A stretch of DNA of 64,000 nt. Source: an uncultured Spirochaetaceae bacterium. GTDB lineage: Bacteria; Spirochaetota; Spirochaetia; Sphaerochaetales; Sphaerochaetaceae. The DNA lies in NCBI GenBank assembly GCA_944392965.1, contig CALXYM010000011.1:738-64737 (forward strand), read 5' to 3'. Numbering within the stretch: position 1 is the stretch's first letter; each line of letters begins with the position of its first letter. A program made the position numbers and the translations under genes. The notes beneath the pieces were generated by a model, which did no database searches, was not told where the DNA came from, and was given only the letters and a program-made list of their open reading frames with translations. This document shows, piece after piece, positions 30,101 through 38,067 of the stretch.

Positions 30101-30648
30101 AATATCTTCTTGAACCAGGCGACTCTTTTCTTTGCCTCCTCATAGTTTTTCCTGGCCTGTTCCTCGAAAGGCGGAGTAAAAGGTACACCTCTCTGCTGCG
30201 GTGTCATGAGGATCTGGAGTATCTCTCCTGCCAGACAAGCGGATGTGCAGATCAGATCTTCGCTGTGCTTCTCAAGGCTCTCATCATCTATTCTCGGTTT
30301 TGAGTAATAGCCTTCCTTGTATGCGATCGCATTGAGTTCCATCAGGTTATGATAGCCCTTGTCACTGGTGGCAAGGAGTATCAGGTGGTAGTATTTGCTG
30401 CCACTGTCTGTGCTCTTTGCCCTCCTGTCCTTCGGATTGACATAGAACTCACATCCGATTATCGGCTTTATACCGTTTGCCCGGCATTCATTATAGAAAT
30501 ATATCGCACCGAACATGTTTCCATGATCCGTGATGGCAAGGGAGTCCATTCCACAGGCTTTCGCCTTTTTCACATATGCGGAGATCGAAGCCGCTCCATC
30601 AAGAAGGGAAAAGTCCGTGTGGTTGTGCAGATGTACGAATTTGCTCAT
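27193..30648 (-). CDS. dnaE: DNA polymerase III alpha subunit
   Basis: PHP domain start MSKFVHLHNHTDFSLLDGA, the PDFDIDF catalytic motif and an OB-fold C-terminus. The protein is 1151 aa. Confidence 0.95.
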   Translation of the reverse strand: MSKFVHLHNHTDFSLLDGAASISAYVKKAKACGMDSLAITDHGNMFGAIYFYNECRANGIKPIIGCEFYVNPKDRRAKSTDSGSKYYHLILLATSDKGYHNLMELNAIAYKEGYYSKPRIDDESLEKHSEDLICTSACLAGEILQILMTPQQRGVPFTPPFEEQARKNYEEAKKRVAWFKKIFPGRYYIELQDHGLVEQKYTNPILVELAHEMDVPIICTNDIHYIEKEDANAQDTLLCIGTNSKKNEENRMRFPNQEFYFKTPEEMEELFSWCPEALENTVRLAEQCNIEINFPGPILPKCDIPEPFKSEAEYLVYLANDGLKKRYETVTRELQSRLDYELSVIIKMDFPGYFLIVRDYIAWAKAHDIPVGPGRGSGAGSLVAYAITITDVEPMKYSLLFERFLNIERVSMPDFDIDFCFERRGEVIDYVTEHYGKNRVGQIVTFGTLKAKQAVKDVARVLDIPYDESNKICSFIPDEPKMTIRKALDEEPRLKEYQKRGGIYAELFETAMKLEGLHRHTSLHAAGVVIGREDLEKYVPLFCADKATGAIATQYTMKQIEDCGLVKMDFLGLKTLTLIKHAVDLVRMKEPDFDINKIDELDKKTFQMLSDGDSACVFQFESQGMRRILKRAKPSNIEDLVALNALYRPGPMQFIDQYIDSKNGVIPIKYPDPSLESVLKNTYGVIVYQEQVMQVAQIIAGYSLGQADILRRIMGKKQAEKLAEELVKFREGAVKRGYTAEHAEEIFHILEPFAGYGFNKSHAVAYSIVAYQTAYLKANYPAEFLAANLTNEKNNPNKFTEYLNLAPQMGIKILPPSINRSYKDFGVSEGDIVYGLSGVRNVGEAVCQMIVKERTENGPYKDFINFITRLPEAPSSRLCESLIKAGCFDELGENRATLMANLEEALNYGKATRDLTAGGQMSLFGDEDEAMNEFTMRYVDDWTKEEKLKIEKEMLGFYISGHPLDSYEEKIKECVRIRLDQQEDIPLSKSEALIALVIAKKVLKTKGDKKMGIYTLQTREGEIEAVCFPKTFERFENMLEENNVYGFKGTFSARENGLSFAIDEVCAPDALSPENIARIAIVLRKAKIMERGNIEELKRTLEGNKGDIPVSLEIEEDKVGLKLNYDMYMEYSSDGMKELKELPVVESVRVY

Positions 30649-30656
30649 TTTTCTCC

Positions 30657-31574
30657 TTATAAGCTCGTGTTTGCCTCATCAAGGGAGGCTGCTGTCAACG
30701 CGTTTATGTTCAGGTCGTTTATTATCTCTTTTATTATACCCCTCGTCCTGATCTTCTGCAGGGGTGAGATCGATGGAAATGTCGCCATTCCCATTTCGAT
30801 TATAGCATCCTCAATGCTCTGGCTCTCACTCTGGTCAAGGGGGAATCTGGCACTTGAGAATATGTTGTCGAGATCATGGCTTGCAATGAACCCGAGGTTC
30901 GGATAGGTTATCGCGATGCGTGCGTCATTGAAGTTGTCCTGATCGGGATTGCCTGATATCGCGATCGATACCGAGTTCTCCTGATCCTGGAAGAATGATC
31001 CCTCCTGGAAGAATTTCTGATAGCTCCTCTCATAGAGGTTTATCCTTATCCTCGATACCAGAGCCCTTTCCGGCAGGTTCAGTTTGCCTCCCTTGTCATA
31101 GATCGTCATCAGGGGAAACCATTTTGAGTGCATTCTCTTCTTTTTCATGTAACGCACCTCGCAGGATGCGTCGAATAGGCTGAGAGTGCCTGGAAGCGAT
31201 GATCGGAAATCCGTGGTGCAGAGACTTCCTCCGAGCGTTATCCTCCCTGTTACGATGTTCCCTCCGAAGCTCTGTATCGTTTTGATGAGTATCTTCGGCA
31301 GGATCGTTCTCCCTGTTGAGACCACTTCATAGAGATTCACCATCGCTCCAAACTCGGCGATGCGGTCATTACGCTGGAATCGATGAAGCTCCTCGATCGT
31401 GCCAAGATATATTATCTCGTCGTTCGTGGTGCTGCTTGGATAGAAATCTCTCCGGCTCATTATGTATGTGCCCCCCGCCCATAACGATGAAGTGGGGTAG
31501 TGCTGGATTATGGAAGAGTATTCACTCAGATTTGACGGGGTATGGATATTGGGTGATCTAAGACCTTCGAGCAT
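30657..31574 (-). CDS. FAD-binding (CoxM/XdhB-like) subunit of a xanthine-dehydrogenase-family complex, divergent
   Basis: An N-terminal pattern, HTPSNLSEYSSIIQHYPTSSLWAGGTYIM, matches the PCMH-type FAD-binding start (P.sl.E...AGGT). It overlaps the 2Fe-2S subunit gene. Confidence 0.6.
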   Translation of the reverse strand: MLEGLRSPNIHTPSNLSEYSSIIQHYPTSSLWAGGTYIMSRRDFYPSSTTNDEIIYLGTIEELHRFQRNDRIAEFGAMVNLYEVVSTGRTILPKILIKTIQSFGGNIVTGRITLGGSLCTTDFRSSLPGTLSLFDASCEVRYMKKKRMHSKWFPLMTIYDKGGKLNLPERALVSRIRINLYERSYQKFFQEGSFFQDQENSVSIAISGNPDQDNFNDARIAITYPNLGFIASHDLDNIFSSARFPLDQSESQSIEDAIIEMGMATFPSISPLQKIRTRGIIKEIINDLNINALTAASLDEANTSL

Positions 31575-32037
31575 GTCTCTTCCTCCTGATCTCGCTTGCT
31601 GCCTGAACGATTCTTATTACGTCTCCTGCTTCCAAGCAGTGGCATTTCAGGCTTTCCATCTCCCTTATCACATCCTCCCTGCTGGTGAGGTTGCTTGAAA
31701 GGAGGGATTCAATTAAAAGTGTTCTCGCGTTATAACACGATTGGCATGGTCTGAGATGCGTGAGATCGTATGCCTTCTCTATGTCCTTCGCATTCTTCGT
31801 TTTAGCATATCCCTCGAAAGTTATTATCGTCTTTCCTCTGATTTCAAATGCTGGGATAAGGCAGCTTAATACCGCCTTGCCATCCATGAGGACGACGCAG
31901 AGGCCGCACATCTGTCCATTGCAGTGGCTGCTGATCGAGGCATTCTGGATATCCTCTGCGAGTATCAGCGAAAGCGGTTTATTTGAGTTGAGGGAAAGCG
32001 AGAGGGCCTTCCCGTCGATGACACAGTCAATTTTCAT
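31558..32037 (-). CDS. (2Fe-2S)-binding small subunit (CoxS/XdhC-like)
   Basis: Both cluster ligand sets are present. They are C-x4-C-x2-C-x11-C (CNGQMCGLC...SC) and C-x2-C-x30-C-x-C (CQSC...CHC). Confidence 0.75.
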   Translation of the reverse strand: MKIDCVIDGKALSLSLNSNKPLSLILAEDIQNASISSHCNGQMCGLCVVLMDGKAVLSCLIPAFEIRGKTIITFEGYAKTKNAKDIEKAYDLTHLRPCQSCYNARTLLIESLLSSNLTSREDVIREMESLKCHCLEAGDVIRIVQAASEIRRKRHARRS

Positions 32038-34138
32038 CGCCTTTCCTCCTTAAATGAAGAATATCCTCTGCACTTATGGGCAGTGTCACCCTTTTCCCAA
32101 TGGCCTGTTCCAGCGCCGATGAGAGGCTGCTGATGACGATGGCTTTTGTTACGGAGACGACTGAGGCGATTCCCTCGGCATCCCTTCTGACGAAGGAGAT
32201 GTTTATCCTGAGACTGCTGTCTATCTCCATTCCACATTCGATGAGTGTCCTGAGTATCAGCTGCTTGATTGATGAGGTGAGGATTGCACTGTCCGCAATC
32301 AGGCCGACACTGTATTCTGCCCATACCTCCTTCACTTTTGGTGAAAAGGATGTCTCTGGCAGCATTACCTCGATCGCCATTGCCGCATATGCGCTCTCAT
32401 CGAACTCACAGGGGAAGAACCTGTTCTCCACGTCGAAGGTGATGGCGATAGGAAGCTTCTCTGTTTCTTTCAGGCTTTTCAGTTTCCTAGCATTCGTCTG
32501 CAGCTGCTTTGAGAAACTGCATATAAAGCGGGAGAGAATCTTCGGTCCTGAGTCTATTGTGCTATGGTCGTTGTTTGAAAAAAGGACACTGTCCTCACTT
32601 GGCAGTTCAAGTTCCTCTTTCAGGATCTTCTTCCAGAAATTCACAGCCGTTCCCCTGCTGTAGGCGGAGGTGTCGACGACGATAGCCCCCCTCTGGGTAT
32701 ACGTCAGTTTCGCCTGATATTCATGCTCAGTTACAAAGGAGGTGGAGAATCCTGCAATCCCGGTTCCGGCTGCGATTCCGATTCCTTTTGTATATCCGAG
32801 CAGGGAAGGGTTACTTCGTCCAAGGTCATTGGAACTCCACTTCCTGCTGAATGATGATTTCATCGCGATATCCGTAAGTAGCCGCTTTATATCCCCCATC
32901 TGTGTCGCCGGCAGATAGTCAGTGAACTTCCTCTTATCCTTTAGTGCCCACAGCCTGAACTCGTATGGGCTCATCCCGATCTCTTTTGCGAGGACTGAGC
33001 TATGATATTCCGTTGCTGCAAGGGCTTCTGAATATCCCATGCTCGAATATATGAAAGAGGGGAAATTAAAGCTTTTCTCAATCTTTATTGAAGCCTTGAA
33101 AGCCTGTAGCGGATAACTTGGAATGATTCCCGTCATCGCATGACGCTCTACCTCTCTCTCCAGCATCTGATAGGCTCCGATGTCCAACGTATGTACGACC
33201 TCTTCAGCTATCGGCCTAAGATCATTATTGAGATATGTGATCCTCTTTGTCTTGATGGCTCCTCTGCGGTTTATTGCTCTTGTTTTTATCTCCACGGGAC
33301 ATTTCATGCTTAATGACGCGCTTGCCGTTATCGAGGCTATGATCGCAGGGTAGAAAAGGTATTCATCCGAAGTCTCGGAATACTGGCTCGTGTGTATGAT
33401 TATCTTTCTCCTGTCGAATCCTGTAACCCTTGCCACCGTATCGGCAACCAGCTTTGGATACTGGGTGGGGACCATCACATGCAGACTTGATCCCTCACTC
33501 CAGCATGTCGCGCTGAAAAATGTGAAAGATGTGTATTTGATCGGGTCGAGGCTGAATGTGGTGCTGACCTTCTTGTATTCATGTATGATTACCTCTTCCT
33601 CCTCCTCTGTCTTTTCCTCTTCTGCTGCGACTTCCTCTTTCTCTGTATCTTCCTTCTCTTCTCCCTCTCCGCTCTTCTCCTCATCGGCCTCTGCAGCCTT
33701 TTCCTCTTTTTCTTCCTCTTTTATTACGCTTTCAGCAGGTTTTTCTCTTTTTATCGTCTCCTTCCATCCGAGTCGGAAATCCTCGATGTTTCCCCAGCCG
33801 TAATCCTCCTGATAAAGGCTGGCCTCTTCGCTTATCTCCTCCTCGCCCGTTTCAATGGCTATCTCCCTTCTTGCGATTGCAGCACTTTCATAATCAGGGG
33901 CAATGACTGCTACTATTGGCTCCTCTTCATACATGACGGCATCCTTTGCCATCACGGGCATCTGGGAGCCTGCGAACTCTAGCAGGTTCTCCCCCTGCAG
34001 GCTCTCAGCTCTCAGGATGAAGTATTTCTGATTCAGTTCGGGAATCTTTATTTCCTTTATTTTCCTGCCAACTTCTGAAGATGTGTAGATTAAGCCATAG
34101 CGCATGTTCAGTCTTGGGACGTTTGTTTTATCAGCCAT
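32027..34138 (-). CDS. Xanthine dehydrogenase/aldehyde oxidase large-subunit-like protein, highly divergent (possible pseudoenzyme)
   Basis: Overall XDH large-subunit layout (...HVMVPTQYPKLVADTVARVTGFDRRKIIIH...). The position of the canonical GGGFGGK motif reads TSQYSETSDEY, and there is a roughly 55-aa Glu/Lys-rich insert at aa ~128-183. Confidence 0.5.
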   Translation of the reverse strand: MADKTNVPRLNMRYGLIYTSSEVGRKIKEIKIPELNQKYFILRAESLQGENLLEFAGSQMPVMAKDAVMYEEEPIVAVIAPDYESAAIARREIAIETGEEEISEEASLYQEDYGWGNIEDFRLGWKETIKREKPAESVIKEEEKEEKAAEADEEKSGEGEEKEDTEKEEVAAEEEKTEEEEEVIIHEYKKVSTTFSLDPIKYTSFTFFSATCWSEGSSLHVMVPTQYPKLVADTVARVTGFDRRKIIIHTSQYSETSDEYLFYPAIIASITASASLSMKCPVEIKTRAINRRGAIKTKRITYLNNDLRPIAEEVVHTLDIGAYQMLEREVERHAMTGIIPSYPLQAFKASIKIEKSFNFPSFIYSSMGYSEALAATEYHSSVLAKEIGMSPYEFRLWALKDKRKFTDYLPATQMGDIKRLLTDIAMKSSFSRKWSSNDLGRSNPSLLGYTKGIGIAAGTGIAGFSTSFVTEHEYQAKLTYTQRGAIVVDTSAYSRGTAVNFWKKILKEELELPSEDSVLFSNNDHSTIDSGPKILSRFICSFSKQLQTNARKLKSLKETEKLPIAITFDVENRFFPCEFDESAYAAMAIEVMLPETSFSPKVKEVWAEYSVGLIADSAILTSSIKQLILRTLIECGMEIDSSLRINISFVRRDAEGIASVVSVTKAIVISSLSSALEQAIGKRVTLPISAEDILHLRRKGDEN

Positions 34139-34262
34139 GTAAATTAAGATAGCATAAGAGAGGGCATTTCACAATAAAATGAGCGTTATGCTGACAGGCT
34201 GAAAAGAAAAAACAACCGTTCTCAATAAAGAAAAATACGGTCTTCTATGCTATAGTGAAAAC

Positions 34263-36359
34263 ATGAATGTAAGAAGTGAGATGGAAAAGCTCGTTAAGAC
34301 GCTTTCCGAATATCAGAGGGCGTATTATGTGGATTCTAAACCACTGGTCAGCGATATGGAGTATGACAGGCTTTATGATGAGCTTGTCCGTCTTGAGAAG
34401 GAGCATCCCGATCTGGTTCTTCCTGATAGTCCTACCCGACGCGTCGGTTCCGATCTCAGCAATGATTTTCCCGAATTTCGACATACCATTCCCGTTCTTT
34501 CTCTCGATAAGGCATATAGCCGGGATGAGGTGATCTCTTTCATGGATAAGACGATAGCAAAGGAACAGAGGAATCTGAGTTTCGTTGCAGAGGAGAAGAT
34601 CGATGGTATCTCAATGGTTCTGTATTACGAGAAGGGAATCCTGGTCCGTGGCGTTACCAGAGGAAACGGGGAGATTGGAAATGATGTCACCCAGAATATA
34701 AAAACGATTGGTTCCATTCCTCTTCGCCTGAGCGAGGATATTGATATAGCAGTCAGAGGAGAGGTCTTTCTTTCGAAGGAGGCTTTCTTAGAGGTCAACA
34801 GCAGGCTCGATGAGGATAAGAAGGCGGCGAATCCTCGAAATCTCGCTGCCGGGACTGTGAGAAGGCAGAAGAGCTCAGAGGCAGCGTCCGTCCCGTTGGA
34901 TATTTTCTGTTACGAGGGATTCTGGAAGGAAGGAGAGAATACTCCTGAGAGCCATCTTGAAATCCTGAGCTATTTAAAGCATCTCGGATTCAAAATAAAT
35001 CCTCATCTGGCATGTTTTTCAGAAAGCAAGGAAAAGAGTGAGGCAATGCTCCGTTCTGCAGGTCTGGAGGGAAGGTCCTATTCCTTTTCTGAGATGCAGG
35101 ATTACATAGATTTCAAAACCGGTGAACGTAAAGGCCTTAAGTATGAGATAGATGGTCTTGTGTTCAAGGTCAATGAGATCCGTGTCCGTGAGAGGCTCGG
35201 CTATACCGAGCATCATCCCCGATGGGCCATCGCATATAAGTTTGAATCTCCTCAGGCAGTGAGCAAGCTGTTGTCTATCAGCGTACAGGTAGGACGTACC
35301 GGGCGTATCACACCAGTTGCAGAACTTGAGCCGGTTGCACTTGGCGGTTCTACGATAAGGCGTGCGACACTACATAATCAAGAGTACATAGATAATCTTG
35401 AACTTGCCATCGGTGATACCGTCTCTATCGTAAAACGGGGAGATGTTATTCCCCAGGTAGAGGATGTGATAGAAAAGAACGAGGAAGGCAATACCGTCTA
35501 TAAGATTGATATGCACTGCCCCTGCTGTCATAGTGTACTGGAAAAAGATGGAGCTCATCTTTTCTGCCGTAATCCCGAGTGCCCAGAGCAGCAGCTTGGG
35601 GCGTTGACGTTCTTCTCTTCCCGGACACAGATGGATATTGAGACTCTAGGGCCTAAGACGATAAAGATATTCTATGATGCAGGGCTTCTGAGAAAGGTTG
35701 AGGATATCTACACCGCAAATTACGCATCACTTCTTGGAACAAGGGGGATTGGAGAAAAGACAGTAAGTGCGATTGTTGAGTCTGTCAATGAGTCAAAGAA
35801 CCGCCCCTTCAAAACAGTCCTCTCTTCCCTTGGAATAAGTGAGGTTGGAAAGAAGAGCGCGGAGATTTTAGTATCAGGTGGCTTTGATTCCTTTGAACGG
35901 CTGAAAACTGCCAAGGAAGAGGAGCTCATGGCGATAGACGGCATCGGAGAGAAGATGGCCCGTATAATCGTCGAGAGCTTTAAAAATCCTCAACTGCTTG
36001 AGACTGTCGAGAAACTTGGCAAGGCTGGTCTTCATATGAGTGTCTCTGATGATGGGCAGGATAGCACGGAGTCTTATGAGCAGAGCTTTGCCGGAACACT
36101 CTGGTGCGTGACTGGTTCCTTTAAGAACTTCAATCCCCGGTCAAAGGCAATGGAGGAGGTTGAGAAGAGGGGAGGGAGGACGACTACGAGTGTCAGTGGT
36201 AAGACGACGCACCTTCTTGCAGGAACGGGCGGGGGAGGAAAACTGAAAGATGCTGAGCGTCTTGGAGTTAAGATCGTCAGCGAGGAGGAATTTTTAAGAA
36301 TGCTTGGAAAAGGTGAGGAAAAAAGTGCTGAAAAAGAAGGACAGCTTGAGCTTTTCTGA
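34263..36359 (+). CDS. ligA: NAD-dependent DNA ligase
   Basis: Contains YYVDSKPLVSDMEYDRLYDEL, the adenylation motif EEKIDG, a Cys4 zinc finger (CPCCHS...CRNPEC), HhH repeats and a BRCT C-terminus. Confidence 0.95.
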   Translation: MNVRSEMEKLVKTLSEYQRAYYVDSKPLVSDMEYDRLYDELVRLEKEHPDLVLPDSPTRRVGSDLSNDFPEFRHTIPVLSLDKAYSRDEVISFMDKTIAKEQRNLSFVAEEKIDGISMVLYYEKGILVRGVTRGNGEIGNDVTQNIKTIGSIPLRLSEDIDIAVRGEVFLSKEAFLEVNSRLDEDKKAANPRNLAAGTVRRQKSSEAASVPLDIFCYEGFWKEGENTPESHLEILSYLKHLGFKINPHLACFSESKEKSEAMLRSAGLEGRSYSFSEMQDYIDFKTGERKGLKYEIDGLVFKVNEIRVRERLGYTEHHPRWAIAYKFESPQAVSKLLSISVQVGRTGRITPVAELEPVALGGSTIRRATLHNQEYIDNLELAIGDTVSIVKRGDVIPQVEDVIEKNEEGNTVYKIDMHCPCCHSVLEKDGAHLFCRNPECPEQQLGALTFFSSRTQMDIETLGPKTIKIFYDAGLLRKVEDIYTANYASLLGTRGIGEKTVSAIVESVNESKNRPFKTVLSSLGISEVGKKSAEILVSGGFDSFERLKTAKEEELMAIDGIGEKMARIIVESFKNPQLLETVEKLGKAGLHMSVSDDGQDSTESYEQSFAGTLWCVTGSFKNFNPRSKAMEEVEKRGGRTTTSVSGKTTHLLAGTGGGGKLKDAERLGVKIVSEEEFLRMLGKGEEKSAEKEGQLELF

Positions 36360-36406
36360 GCATTGTTGTATTTTGGCCTCAAGAATAATAGTTATGGAGG
36401 ACGCCC

Positions 36407-37702
36407 ATGAATGAATTAGCGAAAGAACTGAATGATGTTCTTGATAAGAGTGTGGTTTCTTCTTTTCTCTCTCCATTAGGAAGGAGGATGTATTTTCCTA
36501 AAGGCATCGTAGCACAGAGTGCGGAAGCTGGAGAGAAGGCAAAGAAGTATAACGCTACCGTTGGCCTTGCTACGAAGGGTGGGGAACCCATGCACCTCAG
36601 TGATATCTACAGCCGTTTTGAAGAAGGCGTTTACCAGCCGAAGGAGATTTTCAATTATGCTCCAGGTGGAGGTGACAAGGCTTTAAGGGCGCTCTGGAAG
36701 GAAGAGATGATAAAGAAGAATCCCTCTCTTGAGGGAAAGAGCTTCTCTTCTCCCCTTGTAACTTCCGGTCTGACACATGCGATAAGCATCGCTGCTCAGA
36801 TGTTCATCGCAGAGGGCGATGAGGTCGTCTGTCCTGATCTTTTCTGGGATAACTATGATTTGATATTCACCGATCTTGTGGATGCTAAGATCATTCCATT
36901 CGATTTCTTCAAAGATGGAGGCTTCAACATCGATGGAATGAAGAAGGCTCTCCTTAGTGCAAGAAAGGATACTGTCCGTCTGATACTGAATTTCCCTAAC
37001 AATCCTACAGGGTACACTCCGACGCATGAAGAGGCGATGATGATCGTCTCTGCTCTGAAAGAGGTCGCAAAGGAGAAGAAGATCCTCGTAATAGTAGATG
37101 ATGCCTATTTCGGACTCTTTTATGAGAATGAGACTGAGAAGCAGTCCCTTTTCACATATCTCTGTGATCTTGATGAGAACATCTTCGCCATAAAAGGAGA
37201 TGCCGCGACGAAAGAGGAGATGGTATGGGGATTCAGAATCGGATTCATCACATATGGGGGCAAAGGGCTTACCGATGAGGTCTATCAGGCTCTTACCAAT
37301 AAGACGCTCGGTGCGATAAGATGTACGGTTTCCAACTGTGACAGGCCGGGACAGACACTCCTTCTTGATGCGATGAAGAATGGAAAGCACCGTGACGATG
37401 ACAAGGATAAGCTCTTCAAGGAGATGAATCTCCGTTATGATATATTCAAAAAGGAACTTGAGAAATACAAGGACAGTACACTGCTCCGTCCATATCCGTT
37501 CAATTCCGGATATTTCATGGCGTTTGATACTCTCGGCCACAGTGCAGAGGCACTTCGCCGCTATCTCCTTGATGAGTACGGAGTAGGTGCTGTGAACATC
37601 TTTGATCGCACATTCCGTGTCGCATACTGTTCCGTAGAGCCTGAGAAGATCAAGGATCTGGTTGCCCTGATTTACAAGGCCGCAGGTGAGATATGGACCT
37701 GA
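36407..37702 (+). CDS. Class I/II PLP-dependent aminotransferase
   Basis: 431-aa ORF with LNFPNNPTGYTP and a later lysine region (...AIKGDAATKE) typical of fold-type I aminotransferases. Confidence 0.8.
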   Translation: MNELAKELNDVLDKSVVSSFLSPLGRRMYFPKGIVAQSAEAGEKAKKYNATVGLATKGGEPMHLSDIYSRFEEGVYQPKEIFNYAPGGGDKALRALWKEEMIKKNPSLEGKSFSSPLVTSGLTHAISIAAQMFIAEGDEVVCPDLFWDNYDLIFTDLVDAKIIPFDFFKDGGFNIDGMKKALLSARKDTVRLILNFPNNPTGYTPTHEEAMMIVSALKEVAKEKKILVIVDDAYFGLFYENETEKQSLFTYLCDLDENIFAIKGDAATKEEMVWGFRIGFITYGGKGLTDEVYQALTNKTLGAIRCTVSNCDRPGQTLLLDAMKNGKHRDDDKDKLFKEMNLRYDIFKKELEKYKDSTLLRPYPFNSGYFMAFDTLGHSAEALRRYLLDEYGVGAVNIFDRTFRVAYCSVEPEKIKDLVALIYKAAGEIWT

Positions 37703-38067
37703 AAGTGAAGATATACCTTACCGATGACGGGGGAGAGAAATTCATGGGGATCGGGGTCATCTGGCTTCTTGAAGAAATTGGGAAGGCCGGTTCCCTCAGA
37801 AAGGCTGCTATCAATCTCGGTATATCCTATACCAAGAGCTATGCCATGCTCTCAAGGGCGGAGGAGAACCTCGCTTTTCCCCTTGTCGAGAGGAGAAAGG
37901 GGGGCTCGAACCATGAGGGGGCGGTTCTGACTGAGAAAGCTAAGGAATTTATTAAGCTCTATTGGGATTTCCAATCTAGGGCGAAAGAGAGGGTGGAGGA
38001 GGAATTTGAGGACTTCAAAAAGTCCCTTTCCAGCCTTTATAAGGAGGATTATGATGGCTCAATATGA
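37693..38067 (+). CDS. Small ModE-N-terminal-like (LysR-type) winged-HTH protein
   Basis: GIGVIWLLEEIGKAGSLRKAAINLGISYTKSYAMLSRAEENLAFPLVERRKGG matches the ModE N-terminal HTH pattern. It overlaps both neighbouring genes. Confidence 0.6.
   Translation: MDLKVKIYLTDDGGEKFMGIGVIWLLEEIGKAGSLRKAAINLGISYTKSYAMLSRAEENLAFPLVERRKGGSNHEGAVLTEKAKEFIKLYWDFQSRAKERVEEEFEDFKKSLSSLYKEDYDGSI

Noticed and set aside
33590-33757. GA/GAA-rich repetitive DNA, considered as a tandem repeat or array
   Set aside because: It is in-frame coding sequence for the Glu/Lys-rich insert of the XDH-like large subunit. There is no regular unit length and no spacer structure.
36683-37540. 285-aa minus-strand ORF
   Set aside because: It is fully antisense to the aminotransferase gene, which has clear family motifs. 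The ORF shows no recognisable domain.
38006-38053. Upstream extension of the pfk ORF (MRTSKSPFPAFIRRIM...)
   Set aside because: The extension overlaps the ModE-like gene and lacks an RBS. AGGAGG precedes the ATG pair at 38051/38054, and the conserved PFK sequence starts at MAQYDF.
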